Origin: Yuukianura sp. NJ FZ-2021
Taxonomy: Eukaryota
Reading direction: 5' to 3'
Assembly (NCBI GenBank): GCA_046563655.1
Contig: CM102290.1
Coordinates: forward strand, 6,076,001-6,140,000
DNA length: 64,000 nucleotides
The translations under genes were made by a program, and so were the position numbers. The first letter of the stretch is position 1. Every line of letters starts with the position of its first letter. The notes beneath the pieces were generated by a model that was not told where the DNA came from, ran no database searches, and saw nothing but the letters and a program-made list of their open reading frames with translations. This document shows, piece by piece, positions 10,951-21,600 of this stretch.

Positions 10951-11393
10951 CATCTTCCGACTTATAAACTTAGTCTCCGAAAAAAAAGGAATAAAAAAAT
11001 GAATTTTGAAAGGATTCTTGTATTTTCTTGTTTTGCATTTTTTTCGATTTGGCAGAGTAGTATGTGGAGTTCAGCGAACCGGAACCAACTGCATTTTGTT
11101 TTGTTTTTACGTTTTGAGCTTTATTAAAAATACAAAATTTAGGCAAAGAAAAAGAAAAGGTTGAATTTGAACAAAAAAGCAATTTTTTTTGAAAACTTTT
11201 GAAGTTTCTTTTGTTTTTTTCTCTTTTTTTTCTTGTCTTATTATTTTTTTTCAGTGGAACTTTCGTAAGAGTATTGAGCTTTTCGGGGTCAAGACAGTGG
11301 AACAAAGGCTAAAAAAATATACTGAATGAAGGGGAAGTGGAGAGTATTTCAAATACATTTTTTTTATTTCTCATCAAGTTTCAAATGTTTTCA

Positions 11394-12332
11394 TCAGATT
11401 TCAGACTGATCAGCCCCAAATTTCTTTTCATCGTTAATTTCATAAGTCTCATACACAGTATGTGGTCCACAATATCCTCCAGGGAAGCGGAATATTTCTG
11501 TCATTGTTAGGACTTCAGCGTGGGGTCCATCTTCACCCTCAACTGGCCACTTTGTATAATCCATAGAGTGCTTGTCTCGAATCACTAGGCATGTCGTACC
11601 TTTATCTTCATAGAGTTTGATTTTGGGTAGGTCGCTGACCCCCCCACCGCCCTGAAGAAAGAGTTGATACAGCTTCCCATTAAGTCTGGGAACCATTTCA
11701 AAATCCACCATGGCTGCAGTGCCGTGTTGTCCGATCCGGAGTAATTTGGAGACCTTTTGATCTTTGAGTAGTAAAGAACAGTCCAAACTGTCTTGATGAG
11801 TGATGCTTACTTCGTGTACTGTTTCCGCCTCATTTTTCTTATTTCCCAATTTCATTATTCTCTCCGCTAGATGCGTATTATACAGCGTAACTGTTCCGCG
11901 ATACCACCTTGGAGGGCAGGGAGGGTTTTGGGTCAGTGATCGGAGTTCAGTGCTTTGTCCATCTTCGGCGTATACAACATTCGTCCACTCCTTGACGTCC
12001 GTAATATCCTTCTGTTGAATCACAACGCGAACCAAACCGCGGTTGTCAGTAATTTTTATTTTCGGCAGTTCGTCGACTCGCCCACCACCATGAAGAAATA
12101 GCTTGAAAAGCTTCCCAATGAGTCTCGGAATCATTTCGAAATCCACAGTGACTGCTGTACCGTGTTGTTCGATCCGGAGTACTGTTGGAATTGGACGATA
12201 AGTTATTAGAGAGCAATCCAAAGTTTCCGGATGATTGATACACCATTTTGTCACTACTTAGTATTCCCCACTCGCCCTTTCAGGACAAGAGGTATATCTA
12301 AACCAAGTAGCTATCTTTGAGCTTTCTTCCAT
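11394..12332 (-). pseudogene. Orphan protein made of two tandem ~145-aa repeats, with an early nonsense codon
   Basis: LDCSL..LRIxQHGTA..VDFEMxPRLxGKL..LFLxGGGxVxxLPKIK occurs twice. An ATG at 12332 is in frame, but codon 25 is TAA. Confidence 0.65.
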
Positions 12333-12600
12333 TGTTTTACAAGTCTTTAGATTTTTGTGTCTGACTTGAGTTGTGAGTGAGCAAAATGAGGCTGAGCGCC
12401 AGAGAACACGGTCAATTTATACCCCGTTCTCTCGGTGTGAACGACTCATGGAAGGGAAGATGGAGCATTCGCCGTGGGGAGTCATTGACCTTTCCGCATT
12501 TTCTCAAAAACGTTTGTGCTCATTTTGATTGGGTATATAAAGCGGTAAAAACTTGGAAAGATGATTATTCCTTTTTTAGGCTCAGTGATTTCAAAATTGT

Positions 12601-13046
12601 GCACCTCTGGCGGGTAAAATTTCATAAATGTCAGTTTTTGAACTTTGACCTTAAGTTTCTCTTTGTACCTAGATTGCCCAAACAGACAGGAAAAGCCATT
12701 GGCTGAACTTTTGGACGAGCTTGCCGAAGTGGATCCTGTCATACTCCAACTTGGCAGGGCTGTGCTGAAACATAGCTGCTGGAACCGCTGGGATCACCGT
12801 GACTGCTACGTCTACGATGCAGAAATTAACAAAGACAAGACAATAAATGAACTGGCAGCGGATCACTCGGCCTATGTTCGGGAAGGAGACTTGGAAGAGT
12901 TCATGAAGGACATGAAGTGTCACTTGGTACTATCCGAACCGTGTATCTTGGGCTGTGGACGAACCGGATCACAGTGTTTTGAAAATCCGTGCTTCTTGGT
13001 AAAGTCAATGGACTGGGACGACGACGACGCTATGGATACCAACTGA
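12601..13046 (+). CDS. Orphan Cys/His protein, paralog of 5671-6107 (start unclear)
   Basis: Same APLA|DCPNRQEKPLA junction with an intron at the same position (~12614-12672). Contains KHSCWNRWDHRDCY and CILGCGRTGSQCFENPCFL. Confidence 0.7.
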
Positions 13047-13177
13047 CCCCTGACTCTTAAGCTTAAATAATTCTCAAAAATTCGGTCGTTTTTTAAATAA
13101 ATTTGGTAAAAAGTCACACTCAGCCGGCAGTCGCCGTCATACACTGTTTTGTATAATTTCTTCCGTAGGTTCTTAGC

Positions 13178-14343
13178 ATGTCTGAAAGACAAATAAAGTC
13201 AGCCTATTTGAATAAAAAAGCAGTTGGAAGCTTTTCTGGTTTTCCGTCATTCTTAAAGTCGTCAGGTTTTTTAGACAAAGAGAAGGTCAAGCAAGCTTTG
13301 TCCGGAGTTCCTGCATATTCTTTACACAGGCCGCAAAGAAAGCCAAGGACCAGGCCAGTATTAACGTTTTTTCCTTATATGACATTTGGAGTGGACCTTT
13401 TACAGTTGGACAAAAAGTCTGCCAAAAAAGAAAAGATTGGCTTCATTCTCATCTGCATGGACTTGTTTAGCCGCTTTGTGTGGACAGAGTTCTGTGTCAA
13501 CAAGACAGCACGGGTCGTTCTAGAAGCCATAAAGAAAGTTTTCAAAAAAGCTGGGGTAAATGTCTTCTTTTCTCTCTCATGTCCATTTAAAGTTTATCAT
13601 TTTTTTTCTCAGCATCTCCCGCATTTCTTGGCTTCTGATTTTGGCAAAGAATTCAAGAATAAAAGCCTTTTGAAATATTTGGAAGCCAATGACATTCACA
13701 GCTATTCCCCGAGAACTGCGAGAAAAGTTTCACAAGTAGAACGTGTAATTCAAACGTTAAGAAGAAACTTGACCCGGGCTCAATTTGCAAATCCAAAGTC
13801 TTCTATGAAAACTCTATGGCCGGACATTGTCTCAAATTACAATAAAACGGTGCATTCAACTCTGAAAATGACCCCCACAGAGGCTATTGACCCCAAAAAC
13901 AAAACCACGGTTTTTATAAACGTGTACGACAAACTGATAAATTCCAAACCCGAGAAGCCAAAATTCAAGGTATTGAGTTGATGCTAAACATTCACTTTGT
14001 CTCATTAAAACATAGTCTTTTTCTTCAGGTGGGTCAGCTCGTGAGGGTCGCTAGAAAGCGGCTAACTTTTGAAAAAGCTTCAACGTCACAATCGTACTCT
14101 ACGGAAGTCTTTAGGTAAAGAAGCATATTCGCCCTGTTTTGGAATGTATGCCAAGCGTTTCTTTTTTTTATAGGATTAGAAAGGCAATCAGCGCCGTGCC
14201 TCCCTTTTACTATCTTGAGACGCTAAAAAAGGAGGAGATTAAAGGTAATCGTTTTAGACGGATTTTGCCAGTTGACAAAGCCACATCCAATTCTTTTTTT
14301 AGGGAGTTTCTTAAACGAAGATCTGACCCCAGTGACCGCATAA
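13178..14343 (+). CDS. Polinton retroviral-like (rve, DDE) integrase, 5 exons
   Basis: GVDLL / SDFGKEF / VERVIQTL catalytic triad and YNKTVHSTLKMTP. Introns at 13556-13612, 13970-14028, 14115-14173 and 14245-14302 restore KFKVGQLVRV..FEK..EVFRI..YYL..IKGSFLNEDL, the typical Polinton integrase C-terminus. Confidence 0.93.
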
Positions 14344-14344
14344 A

Positions 14345-15445
14345 ATGTACCCGTTTTCGCGCTTCGTGACTCTAGGTTCTACTTCATTTCCCTCATTCTT
14401 CCCATCTAATAATACAAGTTCTTTTCGAAATAAGCTTTTGGACAATATTCCTTTGCACAAAAATCTCCCGCTAGAAGTTGCAGTGTGTAATTTGTGGTAC
14501 CCCGCAACGCCAGACACTGGAAAGTATACGATTTTTGGCCATGAACCCGACGACAATGTCGTTTCCGTGGTTCAGCGCTTTGAATCGAGCATGGAAGTGT
14601 TTCGAGCCAAAGGTGAAAGTTATATTGAAACAATGAACAAATGCAATACGAATTTTGCAATATTCAACAACAAGCTGACATTCCTATTGGAAGTAGAAGA
14701 AGGAAAGGACTTTTTAATATTTCGCAACAATGACACTGGCTACGACGTGAAGATTCCAGAAGTCTATGCGCGTGCTCTCGGATTTACAAAAAATGTGTTT
14801 GGCCAAGGTGAAACCGATGCCCCGTCGTCTCCAAGCCAAGCAGCGTTGGACGCAATTGACATTTCAGAGCCGCTAAAGTTTACTGTTTTTCGTGAAGTCA
14901 GTTCTACCGTAAAGGTCAATGAACCCAAGGTCAAGGCTGTCGAAGGCATAGTTAGTGAAATCAACGTTGCTTTGAAACAGTTGGGAATTACATTTTCCTA
15001 CGACGAAAGCAAGCTCAGCGTCAACGGTGTCTCCGGAAGAGGCTATAGGGTTCGTCTCTCGGAATTTCTAGAAAAAACTTTTGGCCTCAAAACTCCATGT
15101 TGGTTTAGCTACAGCAATACTTCATTCCCGACAATCGCCAACATTGACCTGGATATACATCACAACAATGTGATTGTGCTCTGCGATGCTGTTAAACCAC
15201 AGGAATTCAAATCCAAGGCAGTTCGGCACATGAGCATTTTACCAAGGCGAGATTTGAAAAAAGAGGAAGGAGCTAGAATTATACACGAAACCCCACGGCC
15301 ATTGCTGTATTTTCCTGTTGACATGGACCGGAAGGAAATTAATGAAATTGGAATCGATCTTGTTTTTGAAAATATGGAACCAATCCCTCAAGCTAACGAT
15401 TTATATTCTGCCGTCGTACTTCATTTTCAAAATAAAACTTTGTGA
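14345..15445 (+). CDS. Minor capsid protein (penton, PZ), intronless
   Basis: N-terminal FVTLxS..FPSNNTSSFRNKL..LEVAVCNLWYP and C-terminal VLCDAV..LYFPV..INEIGI..VVLHF match my recollection of Polinton pentons. The position between integrase and MCP fits. Confidence 0.82.
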   Translation: MYPFSRFVTLGSTSFPSFFPSNNTSSFRNKLLDNIPLHKNLPLEVAVCNLWYPATPDTGKYTIFGHEPDDNVVSVVQRFESSMEVFRAKGESYIETMNKCNTNFAIFNNKLTFLLEVEEGKDFLIFRNNDTGYDVKIPEVYARALGFTKNVFGQGETDAPSSPSQAALDAIDISEPLKFTVFREVSSTVKVNEPKVKAVEGIVSEINVALKQLGITFSYDESKLSVNGVSGRGYRVRLSEFLEKTFGLKTPCWFSYSNTSFPTIANIDLDIHHNNVIVLCDAVKPQEFKSKAVRHMSILPRRDLKKEEGARIIHETPRPLLYFPVDMDRKEINEIGIDLVFENMEPIPQANDLYSAVVLHFQNKTL

Positions 15446-15511
15446 AACCAATATAAATAATCTGCTCCATTAGTTAGTCGTCATTTGACTTTCGTCGGAT
15501 CCACAGGCCAC

Positions 15512-15868
15512 ATGCTTGAAGTTGTGTGTGAAGGTGAAAGTTGTAAGCTTTTAAAAAGAATGGACGGAGAAAAGACTCGTCAGGTTGGGTATGGGGCATT
15601 GACCTCGGTAGTTTTACCAAATTCAATTCTATTTCAGAGTGTGAAAAAGGCTAAAAAGGGTAAAAAGAACGGTGCTTCAGAAATGACAGGAGAAGGAAGA
15701 AAAAAATCCAAAGGTCGCAAAAAGACGGGAGCTGCTAAAAGAAAGGGAAAAGCACCACAAAAGAAAGTCTCCGCGGTGGAAACTTCTGCTTCTAAAAAGA
15801 AAACTCCTAAAAAGAAAAAGATGGGCTGTGGACCAACGAAACAAGCCAAGCCAAAATCGTTTAAATAG
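15512..15868 (+). CDS. Lys-rich basic protein, putative DNA-condensing core protein
   Basis: Very K-rich C-terminal half with xGxG motifs (QVGYG, MTGEG, KMGCG) resembling maturation-protease sites. It lies between penton and MCP. Confidence 0.6.
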   Translation: MLEVVCEGESCKLLKRMDGEKTRQVGYGALTSVVLPNSILFQSVKKAKKGKKNGASEMTGEGRKKSKGRKKTGAAKRKGKAPQKKVSAVETSASKKKTPKKKKMGCGPTKQAKPKSFK

Positions 15869-15929
15869 AAGAACCATTTACAAGATTCCTCAGTCTTCAG
15901 TCCAGCGTTAGTCGGTAGTCAGTCTCAAG

Positions 15930-17231
15930 ATGGCTTCAGTAAACACGCTTCCGGGTACAAAGCCCAATTACGTCTCCCAACTCGATCTATTTTCAGTTCC
16001 CCCGACTGACATTAGTGTGCAGCAAACAGAGTTCATCAAGATTATTCCAGTGAATACTGTAAAAGAAAATCCTCAAATCACATTCAACATTGGGCAGTTT
16101 CAATTTCCGCCAAACGTTTACTTGGATTTCTCATCTTCATACCTATACCTAAAATGTAAAGTTCTCACTGCAAGTGGAGAAACGCTTCCGGACACTGCCG
16201 ACGTTGCTATTAGCAACATGATGTTCTACACAATCTTTGACTCCTGCACGGTCACGGTAGGTGGCGTCCAAATGAGTGAGTACCCACAAAGTTACAGTTA
16301 CAGAGGAATTCTGTCGCATCTCCTGGGCTACAGTCAAGAACTCAAAGCGAGCCTCCTGTCATCAATTGCCTACTACCCAGATTCCAAACAGGATGTCTTT
16401 GACGCAACAAACACTGGATATACGAAACGAAAAGCAATGTGTGCCGGGTCAAAGACCTTTGATTTGTTTGGAAAAATTTCATGTTCATTGTGTGAACTCC
16501 AACGATGGATTCCTTCGGGACTAAAAATTGAACTTACACTGACTAAAAACTCCGCCCCTTTCTGCTTGGACACGCCCACCGACACAAAGTATACGTATTC
16601 CATTGAAGATGCCGTCTTTCATCTCAAGGCACATACAATTAGCCCTCGAATCTACTCTAACCATCAGCAACTATTCAACCATGGAAAAAAAGCAATCTAC
16701 AGTTACCGAGAAATTGAAATTGAAAGAAACACAATCGCTTCCGGAACTGTCAGCTTCACCTCGGATCGACTTTTTCTTCGCAGGATGCCTACGATTGTTG
16801 CAATTGCCTTGGTTAAATCAAAAGCGTTTCGAGGAAACTACAAGAATAGCGCACAGAATTTTGCCGACTTTGGTACAACTTCAATCAGCGTCAGGACCGA
16901 AGAATTTGTTCCATTTTACAGAGAACTTGTCTGTAATTACGCTGCAAACCTGTACATGGAACCATTCGTGGCTCTATTTGATACACTCGGTTCTTTTGGA
17001 AACGGAATTTCCCGCGAGAATTTCAAACTTGGCAACGCCGTCTACCTTTTCCAACTTTCTGAAGCTGCAGTTTCCAACAATGACCTCCTTCCTGCTCGCG
17101 AAGGACCAGTCCGTGTAACTGCAGTCTTTGCTGAAGCCCTGAACGAGCCAGTCGAGTTGATTGTGCTGGGAACTTTTCAAAACGTTTTAACAATTGACAA
17201 AAACAGAAACGCACAAGTTCTTAAAACTTGA
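15930..17231 (+). CDS. Major capsid protein (double jelly-roll, PY), intact and intronless
   Basis: 433 aa with SQLDLFSVPPTDISV, YLDFSSSYLYLKCKV, YSYRGIL..LLGYS, WIPSGLKIELTL and AFRGNYKNSAQNF, which are Polinton MCP motifs. Confidence 0.93.
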   Translation: MASVNTLPGTKPNYVSQLDLFSVPPTDISVQQTEFIKIIPVNTVKENPQITFNIGQFQFPPNVYLDFSSSYLYLKCKVLTASGETLPDTADVAISNMMFYTIFDSCTVTVGGVQMSEYPQSYSYRGILSHLLGYSQELKASLLSSIAYYPDSKQDVFDATNTGYTKRKAMCAGSKTFDLFGKISCSLCELQRWIPSGLKIELTLTKNSAPFCLDTPTDTKYTYSIEDAVFHLKAHTISPRIYSNHQQLFNHGKKAIYSYREIEIERNTIASGTVSFTSDRLFLRRMPTIVAIALVKSKAFRGNYKNSAQNFADFGTTSISVRTEEFVPFYRELVCNYAANLYMEPFVALFDTLGSFGNGISRENFKLGNAVYLFQLSEAAVSNNDLLPAREGPVRVTAVFAEALNEPVELIVLGTFQNVLTIDKNRNAQVLKT

Positions 17232-17233
17232 GG

Positions 17234-17818
17234 ATGAACGGAGCGGAACTGGAGGAAGCGATGGCGTGTATAAAAGAGTGCTCTGACCCGAAAATTCGAA
17301 CTTTTGTTAGTTCTAATGATGGAATTAGCCTTCTAAACCCACGCCCTCCATTCTGTTGTATACAAAATACCGGCTTAACTTCTTCTCCAGGTAAATGCTT
17401 GAGGTAAAAAAATATGGAAACGCAAGAGATTTATTTTTTGTTTTAATTTAGGAATCCATTGGGTTCTCTGGGCGCACTTGGAGCAAGGCCGGTTGGTTTT
17501 TTTGACAGTTTTGGGAAATTGCCTAGCGATTACAACCTATCTCTTCCTTACGGCCCATGCACTACAATCTCGGAATGGAACACTAAAAAACTACAAAAGG
17601 ATGACAGTGCAACGTGCGGCATGTTCTGCTTAAAAGTCTTTCAAGAGTTGAGCAGCGGAAAAGATTTGTGTAGTTCTTTACGTATATTTAGTCCTAAAAA
17701 TTTAAACAAAAACGAAAAAATTGTACATGATTTTTATAACAGTTTAGGCATCTGTACGAATAGGGGTCACTCAGGGTCATCCCAGGCATGCTTTTCTTAT
17801 TGCGATTGGTTAAAATAA
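17234..17818 (+). CDS. Adenain-like cysteine maturation protease, 2 exons, one frameshift in a T run
   Basis: QNT..SSPG, then intron 17391-17451, then IHWV; FFDSFG; LQ....TCG. The HW and FDSFG frames join if the T7 run at 17497-17503 is T8 (mutation or sequencing error). Confidence 0.87.
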
Positions 17819-17913
17819 TTTTTTTACGGTAAATAAAATATAAATTCCTACAATTTCTCGACGATTGTTTCAGTATTCATTTCACTCATTTTGAGTCAAC
17901 AAGTAGTGTAAAA

Positions 17914-18449
17914 ATGGCTCTCTGTAGTTTCCTCGTGTTGTGTTTACTAATCTCAGCGTCATCAGGCAAGTAACCAATTTCCTTCTCCAAGGTCATTTTT
18001 TGTGATTCTTTTCTTTTTGGAAGCAGGAGAGCAAAAAACTCTCCAAGAACGCTGTAGGAACTGCATCTCTGGCGGTCATGTATTTATCAAAGGATGGCAT
18101 TTCAATTCGATTCAAAACTTTTTTTTGCACAAATGACTTGACCCGGAACCTCCCGGGAACACTCATAATGGGCGCAACTAATGTCACGGCCAATTGCGAT
18201 TCGCACAAGCAAGATACGGATGGAATCGTGTATGGAACGTTGTTTGCTGATAATATCAGCAATGGGACGGCGCTAAAAGACATTTCGAATTTATTGAGAG
18301 CAATGACCGGCTGCAAGAAGCAACAAAAATACGAACCCGCCTCCCAACTTCCAGTATTACAAGCTATTCTGGGTATGACGCTACACCTTATAGTTTGGTC
18401 GCCTATATACATTAATTGTTTTATTCATCCACAGCCTTGTCCTGCGTGA
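17914..18449 (+). CDS. Possible secreted or membrane glycoprotein (gene model uncertain)
   Basis: Signal-like first exon MALCSFLVLCLLISASS and a probable intron ~17966-18026. The downstream ORF has NVT, NIS and NGT sequons and a hydrophobic C-terminus. Joining them needs a frameshift at the T8 run near 18119. Confidence 0.4.
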
Positions 18450-18648
18450 CTTTTGCCGCCGCCGTCGCAAACGTCTTGGGGTGGAGTTTGGGAGGTCAGT
18501 GCCATGGTAGCCAATCCCGCGGGACATTCGGCAGCGTATTTAACGTCGCCCTCCGTCGATCCCCCCGTCAGTCCGAAGTTTGAGCTTGGGAATAGCTTTA
18601 GCAAACTTTTCAGTTTAGTTTTTAAAACAGTACTAGTGTTTGAATAAA

Positions 18649-20465
18649 ATGAGTTTTCCAAATAAACGGGCAGCTGAGGTAAAAAAATATTCTAAGTCAT
18701 CTTAGTATTGTTGTTTCACAAAAAATTTTATTTGTAGTTTAGTTGCGGTTATCAAAGTGCTACGTTGCACTGCACTTTCAAATGCACGACCTACAAGGCC
18801 ATGGCTATCCATGTGGAAACTGTAAGACATTACTTTTAGTACAGGCATGCGGAAAGATGTGAAACTTTCACTTTTGATGCAGGTACATAGCTGTAATTCT
18901 TGTGGAGGGTACTTTGATGAGGCTAGTCTTCACCGTCCAATCTGTCCTCAGAGAGGCATGGGCCGTACAGCGAACAATGACCTCGCTACTGCGGACATTC
19001 GTCCTTTCAAAGAAATCCGGCATGCTCTAAAGGGGACTTTGAAGTTGTTTTCTGCACCCGTTGAGCCACCCACCGAATGTCAAGTACTCTCGGTTTTTGA
19101 AAACCTCGACTTTCCCATCAGGAAGCTGCTGAAGTCAGTGATTGGGCAGTTCAGCGGAGTCAAAGTCAACTTTACTTTAATTGCTGACATGATTGAGGTC
19201 ACACACAATGTCATTCACCTCGGAGACGCCATCGGAGCACCCTTCATGCCCTCTCTCATCCAGACTTCATTTCAAGGGTGGTTACAAACTCTTGTGTATA
19301 CATCATCAACGCCCTCAACTTATACCTAGAAAACGGAAGCAATTGGCAGATTCTGCGGCTACGTTCTCTCCACATTGGTATTGGTCAGTGGAATCCAGTT
19401 GTTCGGGGGCGGGGCTACATTCCGATTCCAAAGGAATTGGCTCGCAGGCGCGGACTGCTGTCGATAAATACCAATTCCAACTGCTTTCAATTGAGCGTAC
19501 TATGTGCACTATACGAAGATGAAATTTTGGAGTTGGGAACAATGAAGCGTCACTGTCTTGGGCTCAAGGATCACCAAAAGTCAAAAGTTGAGAGAGCAAT
19601 TTTGGAAAAAACAGCAAGTTATGAAGCCTTCTTGGAGAGAATGGATTTGAGCTTTCTCCCGCACCCTGACGTTTCTCTTTTGGACATTGACTTGGTAGAA
19701 GAGAAATTCTCAGACCTTAGCATCACCGTGTATGGAAACCAGGGGCCAGAAATTGTTCTATGTAGGGCACCTCAAACTGAGAGGGCAAATCACGTCAATC
19801 TCCTACTAATCAAGCACCCAGAGCGAGAAGAACATCACTATGTTTGCATTAGGGACATTTCGGCACTCCTCGGAAAAAATGGCCACCATAAGCATCAGTT
19901 TTGTCCCGTGTGTCAAAAACGTTTTGACTCGAGGCCTTGGTCCTCCGTAAACCATACTTGTGGTGAAAACTCTGTAAAAGTAAAAGTTCCTACGAATGAT
20001 ATTGTGAAATTTCGAAAGTTTGATGCCCTCCTGAAAGCTCCTTACATTTTCTTCTACAAATTTTTCTACATCTCTGTTCAAACTCCGATGACCATTGGAC
20101 AAGAATGTATCAGTGTCACAGAAAAGGTTCCAATTGGCTTCAGTCTACTGAGTGTATGTGAAACAGGCCACGTAGACCGCCACTCTTACATTGGAAAAGA
20201 TTGTGTGGATGTTTTCTTTAAAACTGCAATGGAAATGGCGAAAATGAAGCTAGACGAAATTAAATTTACAAACAACATGCTCCCCATGACCGAGGAACAA
20301 GAAAGGCTTTTTCTAAAGGCAACAAATTGTGAAATTTGTGGAAAGCAATTCAACGACGATTCCGTGCTTAAGGCTTACCACCATAACCATTTCACATTTA
20401 ATAAATCTGTTATTAAGTGGGCTTGCTACTGGCCATTGCAGCCTATATGGTCACTCGTATCGTGA
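18649..20465 (+). pseudogene. Protein-primed DNA polymerase B, N-terminal part only (Zn finger, terminal-protein region, vOTU-like, start of EndoVII-like)
   Basis: Introns at 18679-18737 and 18822-18882. Motifs NGSNW..WNPVVRGRGYIPIPKEL..INTNSNCFQLSVL..VNLLLI..HYVCI and CEICGKQF..YHHNHFT. Frameshift near 19270. Similarity stops at ~20400, and no polymerase core follows. Confidence 0.85.
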
Positions 20466-20611
20466 GGCGCCGTCGACGACCAAGGCCCCTTAGTGACCAA
20501 CTCCAGAGGGGCGAAGCTGCTCTTCAAATGCAGGCTTTCACTACACATGAAAGCTCACTTTAGGACTTGACCAACATACAGAAATTAGAGTCCAAATTTC
20601 CCATAAGTCAC

Positions 20612-20716
20612 TGTGAGGTGCAACTTGCACCTCACACAAAAACCAAGTTGATGTACTCTGTAGTAGTCTTTAAAATTCTCCCATAAGCTTCTGTGAGGTG
20701 CAACTTGCACCTCACA
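20612..20716. repeat. Two copies of the 25-bp palindrome TGTGAGGTGCAA-C-TTGCACCTCACA, 80 bp apart
   Basis: Copies at 20612-20636 and 20692-20716, each preceded by TCCCATAAG. Confidence 0.92.
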
Positions 20717-21306
20717 CAACTCCACATCTCCTTCTCATTCCATCATTCTCTTTCACCTGAGTTTATTTTTTACTATTTTAGCTCACCCAATTCCCTTCCC
20801 TTTGCCGTAAAAATGGTTTTACTTCTTTTATTTTACAACAATTTTACAACTTTTTGTCATAGAAAACCTCAGAATAATAAATAAAATTAATTACAAAATT
20901 TCACAAGCTGGTAAAGAGTGCATTAAGTTATTTGTAGTGCTTGCAGTATAAGTCAAGGCACAAAATTATAAGCGAACAGCACATTTACCGGGATTTTTTA
21001 TGAGTTTTTTTTTTCTTCGACGACGATGTCTTGATTTTTCCAAAAACAACAGAACCTAATGTTTTTATCAATGATTTGTTTTGGTTTGTTTTTTTTTGTC
21101 AACAACAACTATGGAAATGTTTTTCAATGGTTGACAAACAAAAAAAATGAAAAGAAACGGAGAGAAAGAAGTCATCCGTTCTTTGAAAAATCCAACTCAA
21201 GCGCCATCTCAATTCTTTTTGTTGAAATCTCAAAACAAACAAAATGTAAACTCAACTTGCACGTATGAAGTTCACAGCCCACTTTTTTTTTAAAACTTTC
21301 AGCACT

Positions 21307-21394
21307 GCCATTGTGGTTAGTTGGTGTAGAGATACAGTCAACAAGATAGAGAGAGGAAAAGACGCGAGTTCGAATCTCGGATTATTTTTTTTTT
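21307..21394 (+). ncRNA. Candidate Pol III (A-box/B-box) tRNA-like small RNA
   Basis: TGGTTAGTTGG (21314-21324), a T-arm hairpin CGAG-TTCGAAT-CTCG (21365-21379) and a T10 run (21385-21394). Confidence 0.45.
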
Positions 21395-21600
21395 GTATAA
21401 CACATTTAAAATTAAATTTAATTTAAATGTTAACTACAAATAATATTTAACTAAATTAAACAAATTATTCTTTATTAATTTATTTATTTATTTTTTTAAT
21501 ACCTTGTAAATTTCTGTTTCACACCACCACATGCCTCCCAAGGGTAAATAATTCTGAGCGGGGTGAACGGACAGGGGCTGGGGGGTGTGGGGAGGGGGGC

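Noticed and set aside
10970..11305. 111-aa K/F-rich ORF
   Set aside because: Low-complexity A/T-run intergenic DNA between convergent genes.
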